From Candidatus Bipolaricaulota bacterium (GTDB taxonomy: Bacteria; Patescibacteriota; Patescibacteriia; UBA11705; DATKZF01), in NCBI GenBank assembly GCA_035528115.1, contig DATKZF010000003.1, positions 551,089-615,088 of the forward strand: a stretch of DNA of 64,000 bases. The letters are read 5' to 3'. The notes beneath the pieces were generated by a model. That model ran no database searches, was not told where the DNA came from, and was given only the letters and a program-made list of their open reading frames with translations. The translations under genes and the position numbers were made by a program. The first letter of the stretch is position 1. The number at the start of each line of letters is the position of its first letter. Shown here in pieces: positions 9,645 through 18,257 of this stretch.

Positions 9645-10589
9645 TCACAAATCAATATTTAACACGGCTATTTCGGGCGGATCGAATAATCTGGCGCGCG
9701 GTCCGATTTCACCAACGCCTGAAGTGATGAAAATCTGAGTTTGATCAAAATCAAAAAGTCCCTGATCGTATTGTCTCCCCAGCTCATCCGGAATCGGAGA
9801 GACAGGGCCGATCAGCGGCAGCCTGATTTGCCCGCCGTGCGTGTGACCGCTGAGCATTAAGTCAACTTTATCTTGCGCGGCGGCGATAAAATCGGGATTG
9901 TGCGCCAGCAGGATAATCGGCTCTGTCCGATTGGTCCCTTTCAGCGCGGCGTTAATATCGGCATTGCCCGTCCAATATTCTTTGACACCGGCCAGATAAA
10001 AGCTTTCGCCATTGATGACAATTTTTTCATTTTCATTTTCGAGCAGTTTGGCAGGATAATTTTCAAGCAATTCTTTGAGCGTCCCGGTTTTATCTTTGTA
10101 TTTGGGATCGTTGTAGCCGGGCAGATGATATTCGTGATTGCCGGAAATCAAATACATCGGGTAATCTTTGCTTAATTCCAAAATCGGCGCCAAATATTTG
10201 TGATTGCCTTCATCGCCATAGATATAATCTCCGAGCAAGACAATGACGTCAGGATTTTGAGCGCGTAATGCGTCAGCGATTTTTTGGCTGTATTTGTATT
10301 TTTTGAAAGGTCCAAAGTGCGAGTCGGAGACGGCGGCTATTCTTATTCTTTGCGCGCTTTCCGTTTTATTTATATTGATCTCCACATTGTTCACCCACAG
10401 TTCTCTGGGTTCGATGAAACTGCCGTAAAAAACAATCAGCCAGCTTAAAATCAATAAGCCCGCGATTAACAGACGACTTATTTTGCGCTCGTTTTTTTTA
10501 TAAAAAAAAGACCTGATCAAATGATAGGCGATAATAGCGGCGGCAATCAGCCAGCCGAAGATGATTATTTCAAATACGTAGAGCAACAT
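9645..10589 (-). CDS. Membrane-anchored calcineurin-like metallophosphoesterase (YkuE-like)
   Basis: SDSH, LGD, GNHE, AHNP, SGHTHGGQ. Confidence 0.92.
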   Translation of the reverse strand: MLLYVFEIIIFGWLIAAAIIAYHLIRSFFYKKNERKISRLLIAGLLILSWLIVFYGSFIEPRELWVNNVEININKTESAQRIRIAAVSDSHFGPFKKYKYSQKIADALRAQNPDVIVLLGDYIYGDEGNHKYLAPILELSKDYPMYLISGNHEYHLPGYNDPKYKDKTGTLKELLENYPAKLLENENEKIVINGESFYLAGVKEYWTGNADINAALKGTNRTEPIILLAHNPDFIAAAQDKVDLMLSGHTHGGQIRLPLIGPVSPIPDELGRQYDQGLFDFDQTQIFITSGVGEIGPRARLFDPPEIAVLNIDL

Positions 10590-10705
10590 GTTCAAAAATT
10601 AAAATCGAAATTTTTTGTCCATCGAGTTCGCTTAAGACATTCGACTCGCCTCATGTGTGGTCGTAGACCATGAGCGACCCCTAGCGAAGTCGAGGGGGAG
10701 TCGAA

Positions 10706-10783
10706 TGGTAGCAGGGGTGGGGATCGAACCCACGACCTGAGGGTTATGATTCCTCCGCTCTAACCAAACTGAGCTACCCTGCC
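10706..10783 (-). tRNA. tRNA with CAT anticodon, probably elongator Met (Ile2 not excluded)
   Basis: GGCAGGG...TAGCTCAG...GGTTCGATCCC...ACCA cloverleaf; anticodon arm GAGGA-ATCATAA-CCCTC. Confidence 0.9.
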
Positions 10784-10926
10784 GTCCTACGCTTTTTTCG
10801 AAAAGCTTCGGACGGCGGGCCATTCAAAGTTTTCGAAATAAGCGATAATATTGTTGTAAACGATCACTTCTTGGAAAAGATGAAAATGGAATCCTTAATG
10901 TTTTATATTTAATCTTAAATTTACAT

Positions 10927-11002
10927 TGGTAGCGGGAGGGGGACTCGAACCCCCGACCTCCAGGTTATGGGCCTGGCGAGCTGCCAACTGCTCTATCCCG
11001 CG
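10927..11002 (-). tRNA. Initiator tRNA-fMet (CAT)
   Basis: CGCGGGA acceptor with unpaired C1, CCAGG-CCCATAA-CCTGG anticodon arm, GGTTCGAG T-arm, encoded CCA. Confidence 0.92.
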
Positions 11003-11077
11003 ATGATTTTTAAATGATTCGCCTCGTCCCTGCTTGTGCTGGAGGTGGAACACCATGAGCGAGCGGAGTGAGTCGAA

Positions 11078-11164
11078 TGGTGCCGCCGGTCGGAGTTGAA
11101 CCGACATGAACGTTAGTTCACACGATTTTGAGTCGTGCGCGTCTGCCAATTTCGCCACGGCGGC
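11078..11164 (-). tRNA. tRNA-Leu (CAA)
   Basis: GCCGCCGTGGCGAAATTGGCAGACGC...CACGA-CTCAAAA-TCGTG, long variable arm, CCA end. Confidence 0.95.
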
Positions 11165-11402
11165 ATAATGATTTTAAATATTCTTTGCCAATTCCTGATT
11201 TTAGATATTTTTCTCTTTTTCTCGCTTCCTTTCGATTCGCAAATTTTTCTATGGTTATAATTTCAAATGGCATGTACGGTTTGGTGGTTCTGCTTTTTCC
11301 GGTATTATGCTGCCGTATTCTTTTATGTGGATTGATTGCCGTACCTACATAGATATAAGATTTTGATAAACTGGATATAGCGTAAGTAAAGCAATCTCGC
11401 AT
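11118..11402 (-). CDS. Stand-alone GIY-YIG nuclease; its 3' end reads into tRNA-Leu
   Basis: YAISS...YIYVG...RIRQHN.G...T.PY.P...EARKREKYLKSG. Confidence 0.88.
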   Translation of the reverse strand: MRDCFTYAISSLSKSYIYVGTAINPHKRIRQHNTGKSRTTKPYMPFEIITIEKFANRKEARKREKYLKSGIGKEYLKSLCRRGEIGRRARLKIV

Positions 11403-11410
11403 ATTTTATT

Positions 11411-11566
11411 GTCGTGCGCGCCTGCCTGCTCCTCGGGTCTGCCTTCGACGGCCCTGAGGGGCCGCTCAGGCCCTCGAAGGGAGCGACCTCGCCACTCGGC
11501 CGTGAGCTCGTGGCCGAACGGGAGTCGAAGACCGGCAGGCAGGTCTGCCAATTTCGCCACGGCGGC
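11411..11566 (-). pseudogene. Duplicated 5' 33 nt of tRNA-Leu, interrupted by a 123-bp palindromic element
   Basis: 11544-11566 plus 11411-11420 rejoin to an exact copy of 11132-11164. Confidence 0.9.
11421..11543. mobile_element. CCTGCCTGC...GCAGGCAGG miniature palindromic element carrying an extra nested 44-bp insert
   Basis: Same element as at 20322, 57972 and 62016, plus an insert at about 11442-11485. Confidence 0.85.
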
Positions 11567-11583
11567 CTGCAAACAATATGGAT

Positions 11584-11612
11584 ACTATACAGTAAATGAT
11601 GAAAATTGTCAA
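11584..11612 (-). promoter_or_regulatory. Sigma70-type promoter for the tRNA cluster
   Basis: TTGACA-17bp-TATAGT on the minus strand just upstream of the tRNA-Leu 5' duplicate. Confidence 0.7.
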
Positions 11613-11669
11613 AAACCATGGAATGTATTATAATAAATTTGCATATAATTTCAATTATTCTTTTTAAGT

Positions 11670-12431
11670 ATGGCTAAAATCGTCTCCATTGTAAATCAAA
11701 AAGGGGGAGTCGGCAAAACTACGACAGCCATCAATTTGAGCGCATATTTGGCCGAAATGGGCAAATTTGTTTTGCTGGTGGATATGGATCCTCAGGCCAA
11801 CGCGACATCCGGATTGGGCATTGATTATAAAAACTTGTCCGGCGGCATGTACGAGGTCTTGATCGGGGAAAATTATTTCAATAACATCATTTTACCCACC
11901 AAACATCAGGGATTCAAGATCGCTCCGGCCACGCCGGATCTGGCGGGCGCGGCCGTGGAATTGGTCAATATGGATCGCCGCGAATATCGGCTCCGCGACG
12001 CCTTGCTTGAAGTGCAGGGAGACTTTGATTATATATTTATCGATTGCCCGCCTTCGCTCGGATTGTTGACCTTAAACAGTTTGGTGGCCACCGACGAAGT
12101 TTTAATACCCGTTCAGGCCGAGTATTACGCGCTTGAAGGTTTGGGACAGCTCTTGTACACGATCGATTTGGTCAAAGAGAATCTCAAGCCGGAACTCGGT
12201 ATCATGGGAGCCATGATCACCATGTTCGATAAGCGCAACAATTTGTCCGATCAAATCATGAACGAACTTTATCAATATTTTCCCAATAAAATTTTTCGAA
12301 CAGTGGTGCCGCGAAACGTCAGACTGACCGAGGCTCCCAGCCACGGCCTGACCATCGCTCATTACGACCCGGCGTCCAGCGGCAGCAAGGCGTATGAAAG
12401 ATTGGCCAGGGAAATTATCGATTTGGAGTAA
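11670..12431 (+). CDS. parA: ParA/Soj ATPase
   Basis: NQKGGVGKTTT, DMDPQAN, IDCPPSLG, EAPSHG. Confidence 0.95.
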   Translation: MAKIVSIVNQKGGVGKTTTAINLSAYLAEMGKFVLLVDMDPQANATSGLGIDYKNLSGGMYEVLIGENYFNNIILPTKHQGFKIAPATPDLAGAAVELVNMDRREYRLRDALLEVQGDFDYIFIDCPPSLGLLTLNSLVATDEVLIPVQAEYYALEGLGQLLYTIDLVKENLKPELGIMGAMITMFDKRNNLSDQIMNELYQYFPNKIFRTVVPRNVRLTEAPSHGLTIAHYDPASSGSKAYERLAREIIDLE

Positions 12432-12521
12432 AACGGATCAACGGATTGTCAATGGATGCCACAGATCCTGGGCTGAATTTCCGTTGCCAATCAGTTGACC
12501 TGTATTAAATAAAAATAAAAT

Positions 12522-13403
12522 ATGATACAAAAAAAAGGCTTGGGCCGCGGGCTGAGCTCGTTGATCCCCAAAAAAGTTTCGCCGGCCATGGTTAAAGAAG
12601 AAAATAAAGATTTGGTATTGTCGCCGTCATCAAAGCAAGTGATTGAAATTTCTCCCGATAGAATAGAACCCAATCCCATGCAGCCGCGGCAAGTGTTCAA
12701 TCATCAGGATTTGGAAGATTTGATGGAATCAATCAAAGAGCACGGCATTATTTCTCCGCTGATCGTCACGAAAGCGGGGGACGGCTATCAATTGATCGCG
12801 GGCGAGCGCCGCTGGCGTTCGGCGAAAATATTGGGAATGGAAAAAGTGCCGGTTATCGTCAGGGAAGCCAGCGAGCAGGAAAAATTGGAATTGTCATTGA
12901 TTGAAAATATTCAAAGGAAGAATTTGAATCCCATCGAAGAAGCGGCCAGTTATCAAAGATTGACCGATGAATTCAATTTGACGCAGGAACAAATCGCCAA
13001 GCGGCTGGGCAAAAGCCGATCGAATATCGCCAACACCATCAGACTGCTTAATTTGCCGCAAGAAATTCAGCGCGCCATTGTGGACGGCAAAATCAGCGAA
13101 GGTCACGCCAGAGTTATCTTGGGTTTGCCCACGGAAAAAGAACAGCTTGATTTTTTGAAAAAAATATTGCAATATAATTTTACGGTCAGAGACGCGGAGA
13201 GTGAAAGCCGAAGAGTTTCGCCGCGAAAACCGAGGCAGTTGCAGAGTCTGAGAGATCCGGTTACTGAAGCGCAGAGAGATGAAATCAGGCAGGCGCTCAA
13301 CACGAAAGTGGATATTAAAAAGCGCGATGGCCAAGGACAAGTCGTCATTGAATTTTATTCCGAAGAAGAATTAAAAGAGATAATCAATAAAATTCGCAAA
13401 TAA
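12522..13403 (+). CDS. parB: ParB/Spo0J partition protein
   Basis: GLGRGLSSLI, NPMQPR, IAGERRWR, ENIQRKNLNPIEEA, HTH. Confidence 0.95.
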   Translation: MIQKKGLGRGLSSLIPKKVSPAMVKEENKDLVLSPSSKQVIEISPDRIEPNPMQPRQVFNHQDLEDLMESIKEHGIISPLIVTKAGDGYQLIAGERRWRSAKILGMEKVPVIVREASEQEKLELSLIENIQRKNLNPIEEAASYQRLTDEFNLTQEQIAKRLGKSRSNIANTIRLLNLPQEIQRAIVDGKISEGHARVILGLPTEKEQLDFLKKILQYNFTVRDAESESRRVSPRKPRQLQSLRDPVTEAQRDEIRQALNTKVDIKKRDGQGQVVIEFYSEEELKEIINKIRK

Positions 13404-13412
13404 TTCAATTTT

Positions 13413-13979
13413 ATGAAAACAGCATCAAAAATCTTTTTGGCGGCGTTCATTATTCCTTTGGTGATTTCAGGTTGCAGTTGCTCGAAAAACAATACCTCGA
13501 ATATCGCCGATTTTCAAATCAAGGAACGCGAAGACGTTAAAGACGCGGTCAGAGATTGGGTGGTATTCACCAATCCGGCTTATCGCTATGAACTTCGTTC
13601 TCCGAAAGACTGGACGATTTCCGATGTCAATAAAGACGGAGAGGATGTCAGATTCTATCCGGAGAAAAACGCCATCACCGAAGATTATTTGGGGGATTTG
13701 AGGATTTTGGGCTATACGAATTGGCAGGAACATCTGCCGCTGGATGAATTCATAAAAACCAAAGCCGTTAACAATTATTATCAAATGAGCAACGCGGCGG
13801 ACAGGGAGGAATTAGAATTTCGAGGTTACTACGCCATGAGATTCAAAAATGTTGAACTCAAAAAAGATCAATTCATTGACGTGATCGTGGTGGATACCAA
13901 AGACAGCATAGTGGCCATTGAGCTTCACGGGTCATATGATGTCTTGACCAACATCATCAGCAGCATGTATTTTTATTGA
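13413..13979 (+). CDS. Putative lipoprotein with PsbP-like domain
   Basis: Lipobox-like ISG-C; W..FTNP.YRYEL..PKDW pattern. Confidence 0.6.
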   Translation: MKTASKIFLAAFIIPLVISGCSCSKNNTSNIADFQIKEREDVKDAVRDWVVFTNPAYRYELRSPKDWTISDVNKDGEDVRFYPEKNAITEDYLGDLRILGYTNWQEHLPLDEFIKTKAVNNYYQMSNAADREELEFRGYYAMRFKNVELKKDQFIDVIVVDTKDSIVAIELHGSYDVLTNIISSMYFY

Positions 13980-13995
13980 TTCAAAGACGATGTTG

Positions 13996-14024
13996 AAAAA
14001 TCCGACCGAGCGTCGGATTTTTTT
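13996..14024 (+). terminator. Intrinsic (possibly bidirectional) terminator
   Basis: AAAAATCCGAC-CGAGC-GTCGGATTTTTT. Confidence 0.7.
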
Positions 14025-14040
14025 GTTGTCGAATGAAAAA

Positions 14041-14243
14041 GCGGAGAGTCAAGCTCTCCGCTGGGGATGGATTTGAATTTTTGTTTTGTAGAATTTCTTT
14101 AGCGGAAAAAGCGGAGAGGCAATTTTTCCGCTGGGATTGGATTTGGGTTTTTGCCCAATGAAAAATTTTATTAGCAGGCGCAAAGGCTTTTTATTGGTGT
14201 GTATTTTTTCCCTTACCAGCGGAGAGCTTGACTCTCCGCTCAT
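14041..14243. repeat. REP-like GCGGAGAG-N5-CTCTCCGC hairpin cluster (inverted pair plus a degenerate copy)
   Basis: Copies at 14041, ~14101 and 14216; family recurs at 28018-28107, 50701 and 54733-54817. Confidence 0.75.
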
Positions 14244-14324
14244 GGATTTATTTAAAATAAATAGCCGAGGTTCCTTGTTAGAAACCTCGGCCAAACGAAC
14301 GTGTGCGCGACTCGCGGTCATCGC

Positions 14325-15074
14325 TCATCGCTTTCGACAGCGATAGACTTTGAGCCGCGCGGGTTTGTCTCCGGCGTTGAGGACGAACGCGTTGAACACG
14401 CCGTCCTTGACCTCGCCGCTTTGGGTAGGACCCCAAAGGCAGGTCGCGCCGAATTTTTTTGGAGACACCGGCCAAAGGCTGGACTCCGTGTTGGAAAATC
14501 CAACATGGATTACGGCATCGCTCGGTGAAACATTGTCCACCAGGATGCCGAGCTGCCGGCCGTCGGCTTTGAGCATGACCTGCTTGCCCGGCAGGATTTC
14601 CTGGTCGAGCAGGAGCGGCATGCCGGGGTGAGTCCGTTCCGCGGGCGCGATCGGTGTCGCTCCCGCGGGGTTGGGGCGGCGGAAGCTTTCGAGGATCTCG
14701 CCACCGCACGAGATCATCCCGTAACCGAGGTAGCCCACGAATCCCAGCGCGGCAAGCCCCGCCAGGATCGCGCATACCGCGGTTACAATGTCCAACGACT
14801 CGCCGGCCGTATCGAAGGCCTTGGCCGGTTTTTTCGCCGGTGCCGGCGCCGCTGTCGGCGTCGTCGTTGCGGCGGGAGTGGACTCACTTGGCGCCGGGGT
14901 TGGCGCCGCCGTGGTCGCAGCGGCGGGCTTTCGGCTCGGGATGAGCGCGATCGCCAACGCGGCCACCAGACCGGCCGCGGCCAGGCCGGCCTCCCAGCGC
15001 CCCGAGACCATGATGGCCAGCGGAGCGAGGAGGAGGAGGAGGCCGATGAGCAACAGAATTCTTCCCGCTTTCAT
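14325..15074 (-). CDS. GC-rich membrane protein with a Pro/Ala/Thr linker
   Basis: Three hydrophobic segments and a PAAATTAAPTPAP linker; start overlaps the upstream stop (TGATG). Confidence 0.7.
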   Translation of the reverse strand: MKAGRILLLIGLLLLLAPLAIMVSGRWEAGLAAAGLVAALAIALIPSRKPAAATTAAPTPAPSESTPAATTTPTAAPAPAKKPAKAFDTAGESLDIVTAVCAILAGLAALGFVGYLGYGMISCGGEILESFRRPNPAGATPIAPAERTHPGMPLLLDQEILPGKQVMLKADGRQLGILVDNVSPSDAVIHVGFSNTESSLWPVSPKKFGATCLWGPTQSGEVKDGVFNAFVLNAGDKPARLKVYRCRKR

Positions 15075-16063
15075 CAGCTCTTCCCTCCAAGCCCCTTGAG
15101 GGCGTTCTGAAGAATGCCGGCGATATCGAGCGACAGCACCAACTTGGAACTGCCGCTGGAACCGATGGCCTTGGCCGCTTCGATGGCGGCCATGGCCTTC
15201 ATGTATTCGGCTTTCTGGCCTCCGCTCTCGAGCAGACCTAGCGCCTCGAGGGCCTCGGCCTCTGTCATCATGGCCACGGCCTTGCCCTCGGCCACCTTTA
15301 TGGCGACCTGCTTGGCCGCTTCGGCGTCGATGATCGCTCGCTCGCGCTCTTTCTCGGCGATTTTCACGCCAAGCGCAGCCTTTTCCAGCTCCGCTTTCTG
15401 CTGGAGCTGAATTCGAGGCACCTCATCGAGCGCCTGACGAATAGTTTCGTCGGCTGCCCGAATGACGTTGACTGTGACGCCCTCGAACAGGACGCCCCAT
15501 TCGCTTTCCTTTGTTTTGAGTTCATCCAGGATGGCCTTGGCAAGCTCTTTGCCCGCGCCAATCATCTTGTCGTAGCTTGTTGCGGCTGCCTGGCGTCTAA
15601 ATTCCCCCTGTACCTCGTCTTTGATCAGCTCGTCCTCGAGCCGACCGTGAACTGATAGAAAGAGTTTGACGCACTCGATCTCGGACAACCCGTGTTTGGT
15701 TGCCCATTTTTGTGGATCCAAACGCCAGTTGACCGAGATGATCTCAGCCAGAACGTCCATCCAGCCGACTTGTTTGTCAGATTCATCGTTCACCTTCGCG
15801 CGCGCCTCGAGCGAAGAGTAGTCCCTTGATTGCGTTTCGCGGGTGAAGTACGGCTTGTCGTCCGAGAACCTCTCGAGCGACTGGAGCAGCAGTTTGTTGA
15901 TCACGCGGATGCCCGCGTGCTTGACGGCCTCGATGCCGCCGCGGCCCATGACGATCATGATGTCGTTGGGCCGGAGAAAGTGGATGCGAAAGATCGCTCC
16001 CAGGATGAGAACGATCGTGCCCAGACCCATGACGAGCCCCAATAGCCAGTAATACTCTTCCAT
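15074..16063 (-). CDS. SPFH/band-7 (flotillin/stomatin-like) membrane protein, GC-rich
   Basis: N-terminal TM, WGVLFEGVTV, Ala/Glu-rich coiled coil (AEKERERAIIDAEAAKQ...AEGKA); GGGAGG SD upstream. Confidence 0.75.
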   Translation of the reverse strand: MEEYYWLLGLVMGLGTIVLILGAIFRIHFLRPNDIMIVMGRGGIEAVKHAGIRVINKLLLQSLERFSDDKPYFTRETQSRDYSSLEARAKVNDESDKQVGWMDVLAEIISVNWRLDPQKWATKHGLSEIECVKLFLSVHGRLEDELIKDEVQGEFRRQAAATSYDKMIGAGKELAKAILDELKTKESEWGVLFEGVTVNVIRAADETIRQALDEVPRIQLQQKAELEKAALGVKIAEKERERAIIDAEAAKQVAIKVAEGKAVAMMTEAEALEALGLLESGGQKAEYMKAMAAIEAAKAIGSSGSSKLVLSLDIAGILQNALKGLGGKS

Positions 16064-16153
16064 CTTAATCTAATCCTCCCGTAAACGAAAACGTAAAAAT
16101 CTTTGCGGGAAAATCCCGCTTTTAGTTGTCAAAGTTCACAAAGTCACCATATT

Positions 16154-16182
16154 ATTATATCATATTTAGTCAAAAAAGTCAA
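16154..16182 (-). promoter_or_regulatory. Extended -10 sigma70 promoter of the GC-rich SPFH cassette
   Basis: TTGACT-17bp-TATAAT with TG extension. Confidence 0.75.
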
Positions 16183-16244
16183 TATTTGCGTATAAAACAA
16201 CAAAAAAACCCACTTTTTGGGTGGATTTTGAATATTAAATTGGG

Positions 16245-16380
16245 TGTTACAAATTACATTCACTATTTAGCTCCTGTTTGTATTGTTACGAAATTACATT
16301 CACTTATAGCCTTATGCCATAGAAGATTGTAATTTGTAACAGATAACCAAAAGCTAATTAGAATCTTGTAATTCGTAACA
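16245..16380. repeat. Bipolar GTTACGAATTACA-core array, copy 1 (2 forward + 2 reverse cores)
   Basis: Cores about 40 bp apart, converging on a central segment. Confidence 0.85.
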
Positions 16381-16382
16381 AT

Positions 16383-16793
16383 TTATTGCTGCAGAGCCCC
16401 GATAATAAAGGAAACCAAGGCGTAACTGGTAAAGATGATTACCAAGCCGATGGTCGCGTAAAGCATGGCATTTTTGCCTTTTTTGATTTGCTCGGGATTG
16501 CCCCCGGAAATCAGCCAGAGCACGCCTCCGTAAATGAAGACGGCCAAAGCGGCCGTGCCCGCAATGCCGATCAATGACTTGATGATTCTGCCGACAACAA
16601 CATTGAGGTCAGTGGCTTCAGCGCCGAGCGGATTGGGCAATTCGAGCGAAGTATTGACAGGCGTTTCCGCCGGAGGCACTGTCTCCGCGGGCGGCACTGT
16701 TTCAATGGGAGGAGAGGTTTGCGCCAAGGCGAAAAGGGGAATGAATAAAAGCGGCATCAGACTTAGAATGATTTTTATTTTTGTTTTTGCCAT
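16383..16793 (-). CDS. TrbC/VirB2-like (CPR-type) pilin
   Basis: Signal peptide, LPNPLG, two TM helices joined by YGGVLWLISGGNPEQIKKGK. Confidence 0.85.
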   Translation of the reverse strand: MAKTKIKIILSLMPLLFIPLFALAQTSPPIETVPPAETVPPAETPVNTSLELPNPLGAEATDLNVVVGRIIKSLIGIAGTAALAVFIYGGVLWLISGGNPEQIKKGKNAMLYATIGLVIIFTSYALVSFIIGALQQ

Positions 16794-16795
16794 AT

Positions 16796-18250
16796 TTAGA
16801 TTGATTTCTTAGTTGAAATTATTTTTTTCCAAGTTTGTTTTTTGAAACTGCCGATGTGAGCCTTGGCGTTTCTGGTTTTAACGAATTTGAGCCATTGCGG
16901 ATTGGGGCCTTTTCTGTTTTTATCGAGAGTGATCTCGACCACATCGCTGTTTTTCAATTTGGTTTCCAGAGGCACGTGAATGTCATTGACGTAAGCGCCG
17001 CCGCATTTATTGCCGACGTCCGAATGGATTTGATAAGCGAAGTCAATCGGCGTGGCGCCGTCCGGCAAATCAATGACATCGCCTTTGGGCGTGAACACGA
17101 AAATTCTATTTTGGAAAAAGTCGATTTTTAATGTTTCCAAAAATTTATCGTCGTCTTTTATTTCTTTTTGCCAATTGGCCAATTCTTTGACCCAGGCGAT
17201 GTCTTTTTCCTTGATGCCTTTTGATTCTTTGTAATGCCAATGAGAGGCAATACCGTATTCGGCCTGATTGTGCATTTCTTGAGTTCTGATTTGGAATTCG
17301 ATCGGTTCTTGATTGTCTCCGAAGACGGTGGTGTGCAGCGAGCGGTAGCCGTTGGGTTTGGGTTGGGAAATATAATCCTTAATTTTGCCTTTGATCGGCT
17401 TCCAGAGACTGTGAATGATGCCGAGCGTGGCATAGCAGTCGGCGACGTCTTTTAAAATGATTCGCGCGGCCACCAGGTCGTAAATGCGGTCAATGTCTTT
17501 GTTGCTTTTCATCAGTTTTCTGTACAAACTGTAATAATGTTTGGTGCGGCCGTAAGCGTCAATGTATTTTATTTTATTTTCGATCAATTTTCGTTTTAAT
17601 TTTTTCAGCATGGCGTCCATGGCGCGCTGTTTGAATTGCAATCTTTTCTTGATCAAATTTTCAACCCAGATGTATTCATCGGGAAAGGCGTATTTAAAAG
17701 ATTCATCTTCGAGTTTGGCTTGCAATTCTCCGATGCCCAGGCGGTTGGCGATGGGCGCGTAAATTTCCAAAACCTCCATGGCGATTCTTTTTTGCTTGTT
17801 GGCGGGCAGGGCGTAGAGAGTGCGCAAGTTATGCAGACGATCCGCGAATTTGATGACAATGACTCTGATGTCTCTGGCCATGGCCACGAACATTTTTCTC
17901 AAATTTTCGACATATCGCTTCATGCCTCGGTATTTGACCGTGCCCAGTTTGGTGACGCCTTCCACCATGCCGGCCACGTCGTCCCCGAAATTCTTTCTGA
18001 CATCTTCCAGCGTGTAGGTCGTGTCTTCGGGCACATCATGAAGCAGGCCGGCGATGATCATGTTGGTGTTGACTTTCAGATCGGCCAGGTTTTGCGCTGT
18101 GGCCAAGGCATGATCGATATAATCCACGCCCGTGGCGCGGCGCTGGCCATCATGCGCTTTTTTCGCGAATTCATAAGCCAGTTCCACCATTTCCAGGTCG
18201 GCTTTGGGATTGTACTTTTTTATGGTTGTGAGCAGTTTTCTAATGGTCAT
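16796..18250 (-). CDS. RelA/SpoT homologue (HD hydrolase + synthetase + TGS)
   Basis: AHDGQRR, LLHDVPEDT, KFADRLHN, DYISQPKPNGYRSLHT, EFQIRT, TGS TPIDFAY. Confidence 0.93.
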   Translation of the reverse strand: MTIRKLLTTIKKYNPKADLEMVELAYEFAKKAHDGQRRATGVDYIDHALATAQNLADLKVNTNMIIAGLLHDVPEDTTYTLEDVRKNFGDDVAGMVEGVTKLGTVKYRGMKRYVENLRKMFVAMARDIRVIVIKFADRLHNLRTLYALPANKQKRIAMEVLEIYAPIANRLGIGELQAKLEDESFKYAFPDEYIWVENLIKKRLQFKQRAMDAMLKKLKRKLIENKIKYIDAYGRTKHYYSLYRKLMKSNKDIDRIYDLVAARIILKDVADCYATLGIIHSLWKPIKGKIKDYISQPKPNGYRSLHTTVFGDNQEPIEFQIRTQEMHNQAEYGIASHWHYKESKGIKEKDIAWVKELANWQKEIKDDDKFLETLKIDFFQNRIFVFTPKGDVIDLPDGATPIDFAYQIHSDVGNKCGGAYVNDIHVPLETKLKNSDVVEITLDKNRKGPNPQWLKFVKTRNAKAHIGSFKKQTWKKIISTKKSI

Positions 18251-18257
18251 AAATACA

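Noticed and set aside
11165-11420. Group I intron in tRNA-Leu
   Set aside because: The downstream tRNA is complete rather than a 3' exon, and the ORF fills the interval, leaving no room for a ribozyme core.
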